From the NCBI GenBank assembly GCA_016650215.1, contig JAENWF010000033.1, positions 1-57,561 on the forward strand: a stretch of DNA of 57,561 nucleotides, written 5' to 3'. Below are positions 17,378-26,970 of the stretch, one piece after another. Each line of letters opens with the position of its first letter. Positions within the stretch are counted from its first letter, which is position 1. Made by a program: the position numbers and the translations under genes. Source of the DNA: Thermoanaerobaculia bacterium (GTDB lineage: Bacteria; Acidobacteriota; Thermoanaerobaculia; Gp7-AA8). The notes under the pieces are model-generated. The model worked only from the letters and a program-made list of their open reading frames with translations. It made no database searches and was not told where the DNA came from.

Positions 17378-19525
17378 TTACGTCCGCCGTTTCGTTCTAT
17401 GCGTCGGTTGCGCCGTCCATGGATCATCCGGCCATGGATGCTTCGGGTATCGCCCGCGTAGTTCCTTTCGCACTTCGGCGTACGTCGTGTTCCAGAAGTT
17501 GCGCAGATCCTGGGTCACCTGCACCGGTCGTCCGTTTGGCGCGAGAAGCTCGAATGTGATCGGCGTGCGCCGCGGACCGATGCGCGGCGTTTCGGCCAGG
17601 CCGAACAGCTCCTGCAGTTTTGCCGAGGCGACGACCGAGCCATTCTCGCGATAGTCGAGCCTCGTGCTCCGTCCGCTCGGAAGCGTGAACGATGCTGGAG
17701 CGAGTTGCGAGAGATTTCGCGGCAGATGAGGCTCGAGGCGGATCTCGCTCAATCGCGACTGTCCCATCGCCGCCTGCTCCGCGACTGCATCCCAGTCGAC
17801 ATCGAGTCCGGCGAACTCGACGCGATGCAACAGCTCGGGATCGATCGCCGACCGCAACGCGCGAGCGAGAATCACGCGCGTCTCCCCCGGATCCGCCGGC
17901 ACCTGCTGCTGACGCAGCGGCAGCTCGCCGTAGTAGGAGCGCTCGAGCGCTCGAACGCGATCGCCGTCCAACTCATGCGTCACCACACGGCGGTCCGCCG
18001 CGATCCACTCGCGCTCGATCGGAAGCACGCGATGCGCGTACTCGCCACGCACCTCGAGCACGACAAAGAAATCGCCGGGTGTGTGCTCGATTTCTCTCGC
18101 GAGCGTGACGCCTGTGCCGGTCGCGAGGAGGAGTCGCGGCGATCCGGACTCGCGCCTCATCGCGACGCGATCGGGGTAACCGGCCAGCGCGGCGCGCGCG
18201 AGCGCCGGTCCTCCACCAGCGATCCGTCTCCTCCCGCCTTCCGCGATTTCGGTCGCGAGATCGAGAGCCTCCTGCGATCCGCCGGCCGCGATCACCATCC
18301 GCGCGAGACGCGGATGCATGGGCATTGCGCGCATCTCGGCGCCGAGAGTCGTGATGCGGCGGCCGTCGATCGCGCCGAGGCGCTCGAGGAGGCGGAGAGC
18401 ATCTCCGAGGCGCCTCGTGTCCGGCTTCTCGAACCAATCGAACGTTTCGGGCTCGCCGCCCCACGCGATGATGTCGAGCGCAGGGCCTGCGAGATCGATC
18501 CGGCGCACTTCGGGTTCGCGCTGAGGCTCGAGTATCGCGCGCGCGTCCCAGAGCCGCGTTGCGCGACCCGGCCCGGTGCGCCCTGCGCGGCCTGCGCGCT
18601 GATCTGCCGAATCTCGTGAGATCTGCTCGGTGACGAGATGATCGACCGCCGTCTCGCTGTCGTAGCGGAGGATCTTCTGCAGGCCGGAGTCGACGACGTC
18701 GGTGACCCCTTCGACCGTGAGCGAGGTCTCCGCGACGTTCGTCGCGAGGATCACCTTCCGCCGCCGCGAGGGCGCGAGCGCGCGCTCCTGCGCGTCGATG
18801 TCGAGCGTGCCGTGCAGCGGAAGAACGTCGGCGTCGATGTCCGCAAGACCCGCCGCGGTGCGCTCGATCTCCCGCACACCGGGAAGAAAGCAGAGGATGT
18901 CGCCGCGCGCGGAATGCATCAGCTCGCGCACGGCCGCGGCCATCGAGGTCTCCCGGTACTCGATCTCGATCGGGTGTACGCGCGTCGGAATCTCGATGAT
19001 CTTCGCGTTGATGAATTCCGCGACCGGCCGCGCGTCGATCGTGGCGGACATGACGACGATCGCGAGGTCGTCGCGCGAAGCAGCCGCCTGTTTGACCAGC
19101 GCGAGCGCGACATCCGCATGAATGCTCCGCTCGTGAAACTCGTCGAGGACGACGACGGAGAAATCGCTCAACAACGGGTCGGACTGGAGTCGCGCGGTCA
19201 GAATCCCCTCGGTCGCAACAAGCAGTTGTGTGCGCGACGAGAAGCGGCGCTCGAGCCGGATCTGCCAGCCGATCTCTTCGCCCACGGTCCAGCCGCGCTC
19301 CGCGGCAATGCGCCGCGCGAGCGTACGAGCGGCAACGCGGCGAGGCTGGAGAACGATCGTCCTGCCGAGGACTGTGAGTGCCGGTGGGATGCGCGTCGTC
19401 TTGCCGGAGCCGGGTGGAGCGACGATGACCGCGGCTCGCCTCTCGCGCACGGTTGCAACGATTGCGTCAATGTGCGCGTCGACCGGCAGGGCCGCGAGAT
19501 CGATCGCTTTCGATTTCTGGTTCAA
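17378..19525 (-). CDS. hrpB: ATP-dependent helicase HrpB
   Basis: APPGSGKTTR (Walker A), LDEFHERS (DExH box), SATID, and the HrpB C-terminal block RKELRGRYPKHPWPDDP. The start is uncertain: TTG 19525 chosen, and the ORF-track start at 19621 would overlap the divergent gene by about 100 nt. Confidence 0.85.
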   Translation of the reverse strand: MNQKSKAIDLAALPVDAHIDAIVATVRERRAAVIVAPPGSGKTTRIPPALTVLGRTIVLQPRRVAARTLARRIAAERGWTVGEEIGWQIRLERRFSSRTQLLVATEGILTARLQSDPLLSDFSVVVLDEFHERSIHADVALALVKQAAASRDDLAIVVMSATIDARPVAEFINAKIIEIPTRVHPIEIEYRETSMAAAVRELMHSARGDILCFLPGVREIERTAAGLADIDADVLPLHGTLDIDAQERALAPSRRRKVILATNVAETSLTVEGVTDVVDSGLQKILRYDSETAVDHLVTEQISRDSADQRAGRAGRTGPGRATRLWDARAILEPQREPEVRRIDLAGPALDIIAWGGEPETFDWFEKPDTRRLGDALRLLERLGAIDGRRITTLGAEMRAMPMHPRLARMVIAAGGSQEALDLATEIAEGGRRRIAGGGPALARAALAGYPDRVAMRRESGSPRLLLATGTGVTLAREIEHTPGDFFVVLEVRGEYAHRVLPIEREWIAADRRVVTHELDGDRVRALERSYYGELPLRQQQVPADPGETRVILARALRSAIDPELLHRVEFAGLDVDWDAVAEQAAMGQSRLSEIRLEPHLPRNLSQLAPASFTLPSGRSTRLDYRENGSVVASAKLQELFGLAETPRIGPRRTPITFELLAPNGRPVQVTQDLRNFWNTTYAEVRKELRGRYPKHPWPDDPWTAQPTHRTKRRT

Positions 19526-21636
19526 TGCGTCGTCCGATGAAGTCGCTGCGCCCGCTGATTCTGCTCGCGTTTCTCGCCGCCTGCGCGAAGCGGGAGAGTG
19601 ACGTCCCGAGCATTGTCGCAACGAATGCGCCGGTCATCGTGATTTCGATCGACACCCTCCGTGCCGATCACCTCCCGGCGTATGGCTACAAAGGGGTGGA
19701 GACCCCGAACTTCGACACGTTCCGCCGCGATGCGATTCTCTATCGAAACGCCTACTCGCACGTGCCGCTCACGCTGCCGTCGCATGTCTCGCTGCTCACC
19801 GGGCTGCTGCCACCCGATCACGGAGTGCGCAACAACATCGGCTTCACGTTTGATGGGTCGAAGCACGAGACGATTCCCTCGCTCCTGAAGAAGAACGGCT
19901 ATGCGACCGGTGCGGCGGTCTCGTCGTGGGTGCTGCGCGGCAGCACAGGTATCGGGTCCGTCTTCGACTCTTACGACGACCGGATCGCGGTCAACGAGAC
20001 CGTTGCGGCCGGGCTCGTGCAGCGCGACGGCGCGAAAACGATTGCGATTGCGGAGCAGTGGATCGCGCAGCGCAACGATGCACCGTTCTTCTTTCTGCTG
20101 CATCTCTTCGAACCGCATTCGCCGTACACGCCGCCCGAGCCCTTCCGCAGCCGCTACACGCCGTATGACGGCGAGATTGCCGTTACCGATGCGCTTCTCG
20201 GCCGTTTCTTCGAATCGTTGCGAACGGCCGGTGTGTACGACCGCGCTCTCATCATTCTCCTCTCCGATCATGGTGAAGGTCTCGGCGATCACGGCGAGGA
20301 CGAGCATGGGATCTTTCTTTACCGCGAAGCGCTCCACGTCCCGCTGCTCCTGAAACTGCCGGGGAAGGCGCTCGCGAACACGAGCGTCGACGCACCGGCG
20401 CAGCTCATCGACGTCCTGCCGACGATCGCTTCGATCACCGGCGCGAGGATCCCGCCCGCGATTCAGGGAACATCGTTACTCGAGATTGCGAAGAAACCGG
20501 CACGCCGGATCTTCAGCGAGTCTCTCTACCCGCGCATCCACCTCGGCTGGAGCGATCTTCGTTCGCTGGTTGACGACGAGTTCCACTACATCGACGCGCC
20601 GCGCGCTGAGCTATTCGCCGCGAGCGACACCGCTGAGCGCGCGAACGTCGTCGACGGCAACCGGCGCGTGGTTGCGGGCATGAGAAACGATCTCGCGATC
20701 TTCAGCCGCGAGATGCCGGTGATTGGGACCATCGATCCGGAAGAGGCGAAGAAGCTCGCCGCGTTGGGATACCTCAGCTCGAGCAGTTCCGGGACTTCAG
20801 GCCCGCTTCCCGATCCGAAGGACCACATCACCGAGCTGACGATGATGAAAGAGGCGGCGGGGCTGGAGGGCGCAGGGCGGATCGCGGAGGCGCGCGCGAA
20901 ATATCTCGCGATCATCGAGCGCAATCCGCGCCTGACGGATGCCTGGACGATGCTCGGGCGGCTCTACGAGATGTCGGGACAGCTCGACGATGCGGTGAGG
21001 ACGTATCGCCGCGCGATCCAGATTGCGCCGTCGCTCGCGGGCGAGTTCGCGCTGTCGCTCGCGAATGTGTTCCTGATGATGAACAAGCCGGACGATGCCG
21101 CGGCACATGCTCGAGTCGGGCTGGCCACGAATCGGGGGAACGCGCACATCCTGCTCGGACGCGCCGCGCTGGCAAAGAATGATCTTGCTGATGCGCTGCG
21201 CGAGGCGAAGCTGGCGAAGGAGTCGTTCAGCTACGAGCCGGCAGCGATGGTGCTCGAGGCGCAGATCTTGACAAAGCAGCAGAAGCTGAGCGAAGCGCTC
21301 GCGGAAGTGAATCGCGCGCTCGAGACTGCGCGAGCTGGCGGCATCGCGGTCCCTGCGCTGCTGCACTACGTCCGCGGCGACCTGCTCGCGCGGATGAACC
21401 GCATCGATGACGCGATCGCCGCGTTCAACGAAGAGATCCGCCTCTACCCGCGCGATCGGCAGGCGTACGCAAATCTTGCCGTCATCTATCTTCTGACCGG
21501 TCGCCGCGACGAGGCGCAGGCGACGATGAGACGGCTCGTTGCCGCGAATCCGTCGCCCGCGAGTTACGAGCTTGCCGCGAAGACGTTCGCCGAGCTCGGC
21601 GATGCAAAAGGCGCAGCAGAATGGCGCAGGAAGTAG
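19525..21636 (+). CDS. lipoprotein: alkaline-phosphatase-superfamily (sulfatase/NPP-like) hydrolase fused to C-terminal TPR repeats
   Basis: Lipobox LAFLAAC. VISIDTLRADHLP, PLTLPSHVSLLTGLLPPDHGVRNN, LLSDHGEGLGDHGE. The C-terminal about 250 aa is TPR-like (AWTMLGRLYEMSGQLDDAVRTYRRAIQIAP). Confidence 0.85.
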   Translation: MRRPMKSLRPLILLAFLAACAKRESDVPSIVATNAPVIVISIDTLRADHLPAYGYKGVETPNFDTFRRDAILYRNAYSHVPLTLPSHVSLLTGLLPPDHGVRNNIGFTFDGSKHETIPSLLKKNGYATGAAVSSWVLRGSTGIGSVFDSYDDRIAVNETVAAGLVQRDGAKTIAIAEQWIAQRNDAPFFFLLHLFEPHSPYTPPEPFRSRYTPYDGEIAVTDALLGRFFESLRTAGVYDRALIILLSDHGEGLGDHGEDEHGIFLYREALHVPLLLKLPGKALANTSVDAPAQLIDVLPTIASITGARIPPAIQGTSLLEIAKKPARRIFSESLYPRIHLGWSDLRSLVDDEFHYIDAPRAELFAASDTAERANVVDGNRRVVAGMRNDLAIFSREMPVIGTIDPEEAKKLAALGYLSSSSSGTSGPLPDPKDHITELTMMKEAAGLEGAGRIAEARAKYLAIIERNPRLTDAWTMLGRLYEMSGQLDDAVRTYRRAIQIAPSLAGEFALSLANVFLMMNKPDDAAAHARVGLATNRGNAHILLGRAALAKNDLADALREAKLAKESFSYEPAAMVLEAQILTKQQKLSEALAEVNRALETARAGGIAVPALLHYVRGDLLARMNRIDDAIAAFNEEIRLYPRDRQAYANLAVIYLLTGRRDEAQATMRRLVAANPSPASYELAAKTFAELGDAKGAAEWRRK

Positions 21637-21649
21637 CCCTTGTCATGAC

Positions 21650-22081
21650 ATGGGGCATACTTCCCCTTCGAATGCTTCCGAGACCTTCATGAGCTGGGAC
21701 GTTTTCATCCAGCATCTGCCTATGTCGGCGCGGCGTGTGGCCGACATTCCCGATGAATACGAGGGAAAAGTTCTCGGAACGCGCGATGAGGTCATCGCAA
21801 AGATCCGCGCGAAATTTCCGGATGCCGATTTCTCCGATCCCTCATGGGGAACGCTCGTGCGCGACGGTTATTCGATCGACATCTGCGTGAATGGCGACGA
21901 CATTGCGACTGCGATCACGCTGCACGTACGTGGCGCGGATGGGGCGGTCGACGCGGTCAACACCCTGATCGCTGCGCTCGGCGCGAGGGCGCTCGATAGC
22001 TGGACGAGCGAGATCTACGAGCCGGCAATCGCGCTGCATTCGATCCGTCGCTGGCGCGCCTACCTCCAAGAGATGGAATGA
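21650..22081 (+). CDS. hypothetical protein
   Basis: MSWDVFIQHLPMSARRVADIPDEYEGKVLGTRDEVIAKIRAKFPDADFSDPSWG... No family named. The stop overlaps the prmA ATG (ATGA). Alternative start at ATG 21689. Confidence 0.6.
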   Translation: MGHTSPSNASETFMSWDVFIQHLPMSARRVADIPDEYEGKVLGTRDEVIAKIRAKFPDADFSDPSWGTLVRDGYSIDICVNGDDIATAITLHVRGADGAVDAVNTLIAALGARALDSWTSEIYEPAIALHSIRRWRAYLQEME

Positions 22082-22956
22082 CCCCCCGTCAGATCGACCG
22101 CGTCCTGGAGATCGCCTTCGATTCCTCAGACGCCGAGCTCGATGAGGTGATTCAGACCCGGCTTTTTCTGGTGCCGAACCGCGGAAGCTCCTCGTGCGAG
22201 GTGAACGGGGTGACCGTACTCTCGGTCTTTTTCGACGATGCGCTCGAACGCGAGAACGCCAGGGTAGCTCTCGAGAACCTCGATGTCGTGTTGAACGCCT
22301 TCGACGCCGAGAGAACGAACTGGCTGGAAAAGTACGAGCAGTCGCTCGAGGCGATCGAGATCGGCGAGCGGTTCATCGTCGCGCCCGACCGTCGTCTGGT
22401 TGCTGTGGCGTCGCTGCGATTACCGATTGTCGTGCCGCAGGAGCAGGCGTTCGGAACCGGCTCGCATGAGACTACGGCGCTTTGCATGACGCTGCTGGAG
22501 ACGCTCGATGTTGATGGCAGGCGCGGGCTCGACGTCGGATCGGGGAGTGGCATTCTCGCTATTGCGATGCATCTCCTCGGCGCGCGCAAGGTCATCGCGT
22601 TCGACAACGATACCGATGCCTATGGAGCGCTTCGCGATAATCGTGTTCGCAACGACGTTCCCGAGCAATCACTTCCGATCTTCATCGGCGGTGTCGAGGC
22701 GCTCCGCGGCGGCACATTCGACGTGATCACGATGAACATCATTCCCGAAGTGATCCTCCCTCTCCTCAGCGATGTCGTCGCGCGCCTCGCCGCCGGCGGT
22801 GTCCTGATCCTGAGCGGAATCCTCGTGATCACGTCGGAAGAGGTGATCGCCGCGGCAGCCGCGCAGAGGTTGCGGCTGACCGATTCGCGCACGCGCGGGG
22901 AGTGGTGGGCTGGGACGTTTCAGATGCGTCCCGTTAATCCGGAGACGCGTCAGTGA
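22078..22956 (+). CDS. prmA: ribosomal protein L11 methyltransferase
   Basis: FGTGSHETTALCMTLLE, GLDVGSGSGILAIA (SAM motif I), AFDNDTDA, ITMNII. Confidence 0.88.
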   Translation: MTPRQIDRVLEIAFDSSDAELDEVIQTRLFLVPNRGSSSCEVNGVTVLSVFFDDALERENARVALENLDVVLNAFDAERTNWLEKYEQSLEAIEIGERFIVAPDRRLVAVASLRLPIVVPQEQAFGTGSHETTALCMTLLETLDVDGRRGLDVGSGSGILAIAMHLLGARKVIAFDNDTDAYGALRDNRVRNDVPEQSLPIFIGGVEALRGGTFDVITMNIIPEVILPLLSDVVARLAAGGVLILSGILVITSEEVIAAAAAQRLRLTDSRTRGEWWAGTFQMRPVNPETRQ

Positions 22957-22969
22957 AAGCGGCGGGAAA

Positions 22970-23509
22970 TCAAACCTCTTTCACCATCACTGCCGTCTCA
23001 AGCTTCACGCCATCCGGCAACTCGATGTGCGAGCGTTCGCGCACGCGATAGCCGGCTTTGGCGTAGAGCGGTTCGCCGGGGAGGAGCGCCATCAGCTCGA
23101 AGCGGCGAAATCCGTACGCGATGGCGGCCGCTTCCGACGCGGCGAGAATCGCCTGGCCGATGCCGCGCCGTCCCCACGCCCCCTCGACGAACATCGCACG
23201 GATCCGCGCCGGCTCCGTTTTCGGATCGAGAGCGCGCGACTTTCCTTCGCCTTCCTGCTCGCTGGTTCCCGTGTAGAGCTTCGCGCGGCGGCTCCATCCA
23301 CCGCACGCGACGACGCGTTCATCGGCGACGGCGACGAAATACGTTTCGTCGTCGATGAGTTGGTGGTCCGCGGTCGTGATGTAGCGGACCGAGCTCGCGA
23401 CCTGCCGATCGTCGTACGCGAAGCGCCCGATGGTCTCCATCGATTCGCGCATGACGCGCTCGATCGAGGGGATGTCGTCCGCCGTCGCAAGCCGGATCGA
23501 GTACGTCAT
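22970..23509 (-). CDS. GNAT-family N-acetyltransferase
   Basis: The acetyl-CoA binding block WGRRGIGQAILAASEAAA (R/Q-x-x-G-x-G/A) and a size of 179 aa. Confidence 0.8.
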   Translation of the reverse strand: MTYSIRLATADDIPSIERVMRESMETIGRFAYDDRQVASSVRYITTADHQLIDDETYFVAVADERVVACGGWSRRAKLYTGTSEQEGEGKSRALDPKTEPARIRAMFVEGAWGRRGIGQAILAASEAAAIAYGFRRFELMALLPGEPLYAKAGYRVRERSHIELPDGVKLETAVMVKEV

Positions 23510-23520
23510 CGCGAACGCGA

Positions 23521-24810
23521 TCAGCCGCGCTTCTTCAAATCCACGTAGTCACGGCGCTCTGAGCCGGTGAAGATCTGGCGCGGGCGCGAGATCTTCAGAT
23601 CGGGATCGCTCAGCATCTCGTTCCACTGCGCCAGCCAGCCCGAAACGCGCGGGATCGCAAAAAGCACGGTGAACATCTCCATCGGAATCGCCATCGCCTG
23701 GTAGATGAGGCCCGAGTAAAAGTCGACGTTCGGATAGAGCTTCCGTTTGACGAAGTAGTCGTCGGAGAGCGCGATCCGCTCCAGCTCGAGCGCGATATCG
23801 AGCAGCGGGTTGCGACCCGTGACGTCGAACACCTCGTCGGCAACCTTCTTGATGATCTTCGCGCGCGGGTCGTAGTTCTTGTAGACGCGGTGTCCGAACC
23901 CCATGAGCTTCACGCCTTCGCCGGCTTTGACGCGCTTGATGAAGTCGGGGACATGCGCGACCGAGCCGATCTCATTGAGCATGTGGATCACTGCTTCGTT
24001 CGCTCCGCCGTGCAGCGGGCCGTACAGGGCGGCGGCAGCGGCGGCGACGGCCGAGTAGGGATCGACTTCGGAGCTGCCGACCGAGCGCATGGCGGCCGTG
24101 GAGCAGTTCTGCTCGTGATCCGCGTGCAGGATGAAGAGCACGTCGAGCGCGTGCTCGAGCGCCGGGTTCGGCTTGTACTTCGTCTCCGTCATCCGGAACA
24201 TCATGTTGAGGAAGTTGCCCGGGTAGGAGAGGTCGTTATCGGGGTAGGCGTAGGGCATCCCGATGCGGTGGCGGTAGTTGAATGCAGCGATGGTGATGAC
24301 CTTCGCGATGATTCGCTGGATCTGTTTCTGTCGCATCTCGTTGTCGGAGATGTCTTTTGCCTCGGGATAGAAAGTCCCAAGCGCCGCGACCGTCGAGATC
24401 AGCCGCGCCATCGGATGCGCGTTGTAGCGGAACGCGTCGAGCAGCGACTTTAAATTCTCATTGAGGATCGTGTGGTACGTGATGTCGTGGTTCCACTGCT
24501 CGAGCTGAGGCTTCGTCGGCAGGTCGCCGTAAAGCAGCAGATAGGCCGTCTCGATGTAGGTCGACTTCTCCGCGAGTTGTTCGATTGGATAGCCGCGGTA
24601 CTCGAGGATGCCTTTGTCGCCGTCGATGAACGTGATCGCGCTGCGGCAAGCTGCCGTGTTCAGGAAGGCGGGGTCGTAGGTCATCAGACCGAAATCGTCG
24701 TCGCTGACCTTGATCTTCCGCAGGTCGATCGCTTTGATCGTCCCGTCGTTGATGGGAACTTCGTACGATTTTCCGGTCCGGTTATCGGTGATGGTGAGGC
24801 TGTCGGCCAA
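23521..24810 (-). CDS. gltA: citrate synthase
   Basis: LFILHADHEQNCST and MGFGHRVYKNYDPRA are signature blocks. 429 aa. Confidence 0.95.
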   Translation of the reverse strand: MADSLTITDNRTGKSYEVPINDGTIKAIDLRKIKVSDDDFGLMTYDPAFLNTAACRSAITFIDGDKGILEYRGYPIEQLAEKSTYIETAYLLLYGDLPTKPQLEQWNHDITYHTILNENLKSLLDAFRYNAHPMARLISTVAALGTFYPEAKDISDNEMRQKQIQRIIAKVITIAAFNYRHRIGMPYAYPDNDLSYPGNFLNMMFRMTETKYKPNPALEHALDVLFILHADHEQNCSTAAMRSVGSSEVDPYSAVAAAAAALYGPLHGGANEAVIHMLNEIGSVAHVPDFIKRVKAGEGVKLMGFGHRVYKNYDPRAKIIKKVADEVFDVTGRNPLLDIALELERIALSDDYFVKRKLYPNVDFYSGLIYQAMAIPMEMFTVLFAIPRVSGWLAQWNEMLSDPDLKISRPRQIFTGSERRDYVDLKKRG

Positions 24811-24841
24811 GGGAAACTACCTCCGCAGGCAGTGGAATCTA

Positions 24842-25540
24842 TCAGATGTCTCCGTAGCGTGCAGTGATGATTGCAACTGCGCAAATCGCGGCGGTTTCGG
24901 CGCGAAGCCGGCGAGGCCCGAGGCGGCGGAAAAGGCAGCTGCTCGCGCGGGCCGATGCGATCTCCTCTTCCGACCATCCCCCCTCGGGGCCGATGAGCAG
25001 TGTGGCGGTGTTTACCGGCTCTTCCAATGACGGTTGACTGTCGGCGTCGAAGAGCAGGCGTGTGCCGTCGCGGCGGATCACGTCGTTGAACGGGGTGGGG
25101 ACTTCGATGCGAGGTGTGACGGCGCGCCCCGACTGTTTGACTGCCTCGAAGACGATCTTCTCCCATCGCTCCGACTTGCCGCGATAACGTTCCGGGCGAA
25201 GCTCCACCCGCTCGGTCACCATCGGTATGAACGCGACGACTCCGAGCTCGGTCGCTTTCTGCAGCACGATCTCGAACTTTTCGAGATTGATGATCGACAT
25301 TGCGAGCGTGAGGCTGAGCGGGCTCTCGCGCGAAGGAATCGTCGACTCAATGATCACACTCATCGAGCTGGACGCAATGCTCTTCACTCGTCCCGCCGCG
25401 CTTCCTCCGCGTCCGTCGAATACTTCGACCGCTTCGCCATCCCGCACGCGGACGACCCGCGACGCGTGATGGAACTCTTCGCCGGCGATCGTGATCTCGC
25501 CAGGCGCGATCGGCTGGTCCGTGAAAATGCGATGGTGCAC
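24842..25540 (-). CDS. rsmE: 16S rRNA (uracil1498-N3)-methyltransferase
   Basis: LLIGPEGGWSEEE plus LGPRRLRAETAAI are RsmE hallmarks. GTG at 25540 gives 232 aa. The longer ORF-track start at 25639 runs through a family-B repeat. Confidence 0.85.
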   Translation of the reverse strand: MHHRIFTDQPIAPGEITIAGEEFHHASRVVRVRDGEAVEVFDGRGGSAAGRVKSIASSSMSVIIESTIPSRESPLSLTLAMSIINLEKFEIVLQKATELGVVAFIPMVTERVELRPERYRGKSERWEKIVFEAVKQSGRAVTPRIEVPTPFNDVIRRDGTRLLFDADSQPSLEEPVNTATLLIGPEGGWSEEEIASARASSCLFRRLGPRRLRAETAAICAVAIITARYGDI

Positions 25541-25560
25541 GCGGAGATGAGTTTGGCACA

Positions 25561-25706
25561 GGAGGACGAAAGGCCGCCGGCTGAAGCCGGCGCCACGTCG
25601 AGCATGGATGGTGGTGTTAGCCAGGCCGTGGAACATCAAGGCCTTGCTGATGACGGTATTCGCGCATGACGTAGCGCCGGCTTCAGCCGGTGGTTTTTCG
25701 TCCTCC
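25561..25706. repeat. family-B repeat, inverted pair
   Basis: GGAGGACGAAAGGCCGCCGGCTGAAGCCGGCGCCACGTCGAGCATGG (25561-25607) and its inverted partner CATGACGTAGCGCCGGCTTCAGCCGGTGGTTTTTCGTCCTCC (about 25665-25706). Confidence 0.85.
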
Positions 25707-25712
25707 CGGCGC

Positions 25713-26957
25713 TCACACCTCCGCGACCACGCTTGCTTCGGGTGCCATCAGCTCCGTATTCCGAATGAATGGCAGGAGAAGCAGCCCCGGGATGCCGAGT
25801 ACAAGTGTCAGCCAGAAGTACGGTGCGTAGCCCATGCTCTGCGCGAACACGCCGCTGAAGGAGCCGATCAGGAATCTTGTGAAGGCGAATGCGGCGCTCA
25901 GCATCGCGTACTGGGTCGCCGCATGCTCGCGATCGCTGATCGCCATGAGAAACGATAGAAAGGCCGCGGTGCCCAGGCCGCCGCAGAAGTTCTCGACAAC
26001 TACGACCGCGTAGAACATCGTTTGCGAAGGTTCAGCCGCGGCGGCGATCGCGTAGCCGGCGTTGGAGATGACCTGGAGAACGCCGAGCCAGAGCAGCGCG
26101 CGCCAGACGCCGAATTTTGACAGGAACGCGCCGCCGATGAACGCGCCTGCGATCAGGAACGAGAGACCGATGACCGTCGTGACGGTGCCGATCTCGGCAG
26201 TCGAGAACCCTTGATCGACCCAGAACGGCTTGACCATTGGCGTGAGCGCCGCGTCGCCGAGGCGGTAGATGAAGGCGAGAGCGAGAAAGATTGCGGCGGA
26301 GGGGCGGCGGAGCCACAGCCTGACTCCGGCGAACGGACTCTGATGCTGAGCAATGGCGCCCGCCTCGCGCGGGAGGAAGAATGTCGTGACGAACGAGAGC
26401 GCCATGATCGCGGCGGCCGTGAAGAACGCGCCGCGCCATCCGACGACCGCGGTGAGCGCAGCGAGCGCTCCGCCGGCGACGATCATCGCGCCGCGGTATG
26501 CCGTCACGCGCACCGAGTTCACGTAGCCGAGCTGCTCCTTCGGCGTGATGCGCACCGCCATCGCGTCGATCGCGATGTCCTGCGTTGCCGATGCGAACGC
26601 GAGAATCGCCACGATTGCGAAGAAGAGCGTCGTCATCTGCGGCGGAATCACCGCGAACGCGAACATCGTCGCGGTCAGAACGACGAGAGCGCCCGCCATC
26701 CATTGCCGGTACGAGCCGTAGCGGTCGATCAGCGGAGACCAGAGAAACTTCCACGTCCACGCTGAGCTGACCGCACTGATGAGCCCGATCTGCGCGAGCG
26801 AGATGTTCTGCGTCCGGAGATACAGCGGTAGCAGCTCATTGACGATGCCGAACGGGAATCCCTGCGAAAAGTAGAGCACGCCTGCGATCGCCGGCGCGAA
26901 CCACGCCGGCCGCCGAAGCGTCGTGAGAGGGCTCAATCCTTGCTCTTGCACGGTCAT
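25713..26957 (-). CDS. ampG: AmpG-family muropeptide MFS transporter
   Basis: FSQGFPFGIVNELLPLYLRTQNISLAQIGLISAVSSAWTWKFLWSPLIDRYG is the characteristic AmpG N-terminal block. 12 or more TM segments. Start at ATG 26957. Confidence 0.85.
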   Translation of the reverse strand: MTVQEQGLSPLTTLRRPAWFAPAIAGVLYFSQGFPFGIVNELLPLYLRTQNISLAQIGLISAVSSAWTWKFLWSPLIDRYGSYRQWMAGALVVLTATMFAFAVIPPQMTTLFFAIVAILAFASATQDIAIDAMAVRITPKEQLGYVNSVRVTAYRGAMIVAGGALAALTAVVGWRGAFFTAAAIMALSFVTTFFLPREAGAIAQHQSPFAGVRLWLRRPSAAIFLALAFIYRLGDAALTPMVKPFWVDQGFSTAEIGTVTTVIGLSFLIAGAFIGGAFLSKFGVWRALLWLGVLQVISNAGYAIAAAAEPSQTMFYAVVVVENFCGGLGTAAFLSFLMAISDREHAATQYAMLSAAFAFTRFLIGSFSGVFAQSMGYAPYFWLTLVLGIPGLLLLPFIRNTELMAPEASVVAEV

Positions 26958-26970
26958 CAGGAGGAACGAT

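Noticed and set aside
19526-19621. N-terminal 32 codons of the long hrpB ORF
   Set aside because: They are Arg/Ser-rich, overlap the lipoprotein gene start, and lie upstream of the conserved HrpB N-terminus. I keep this as uncertain rather than excluded.
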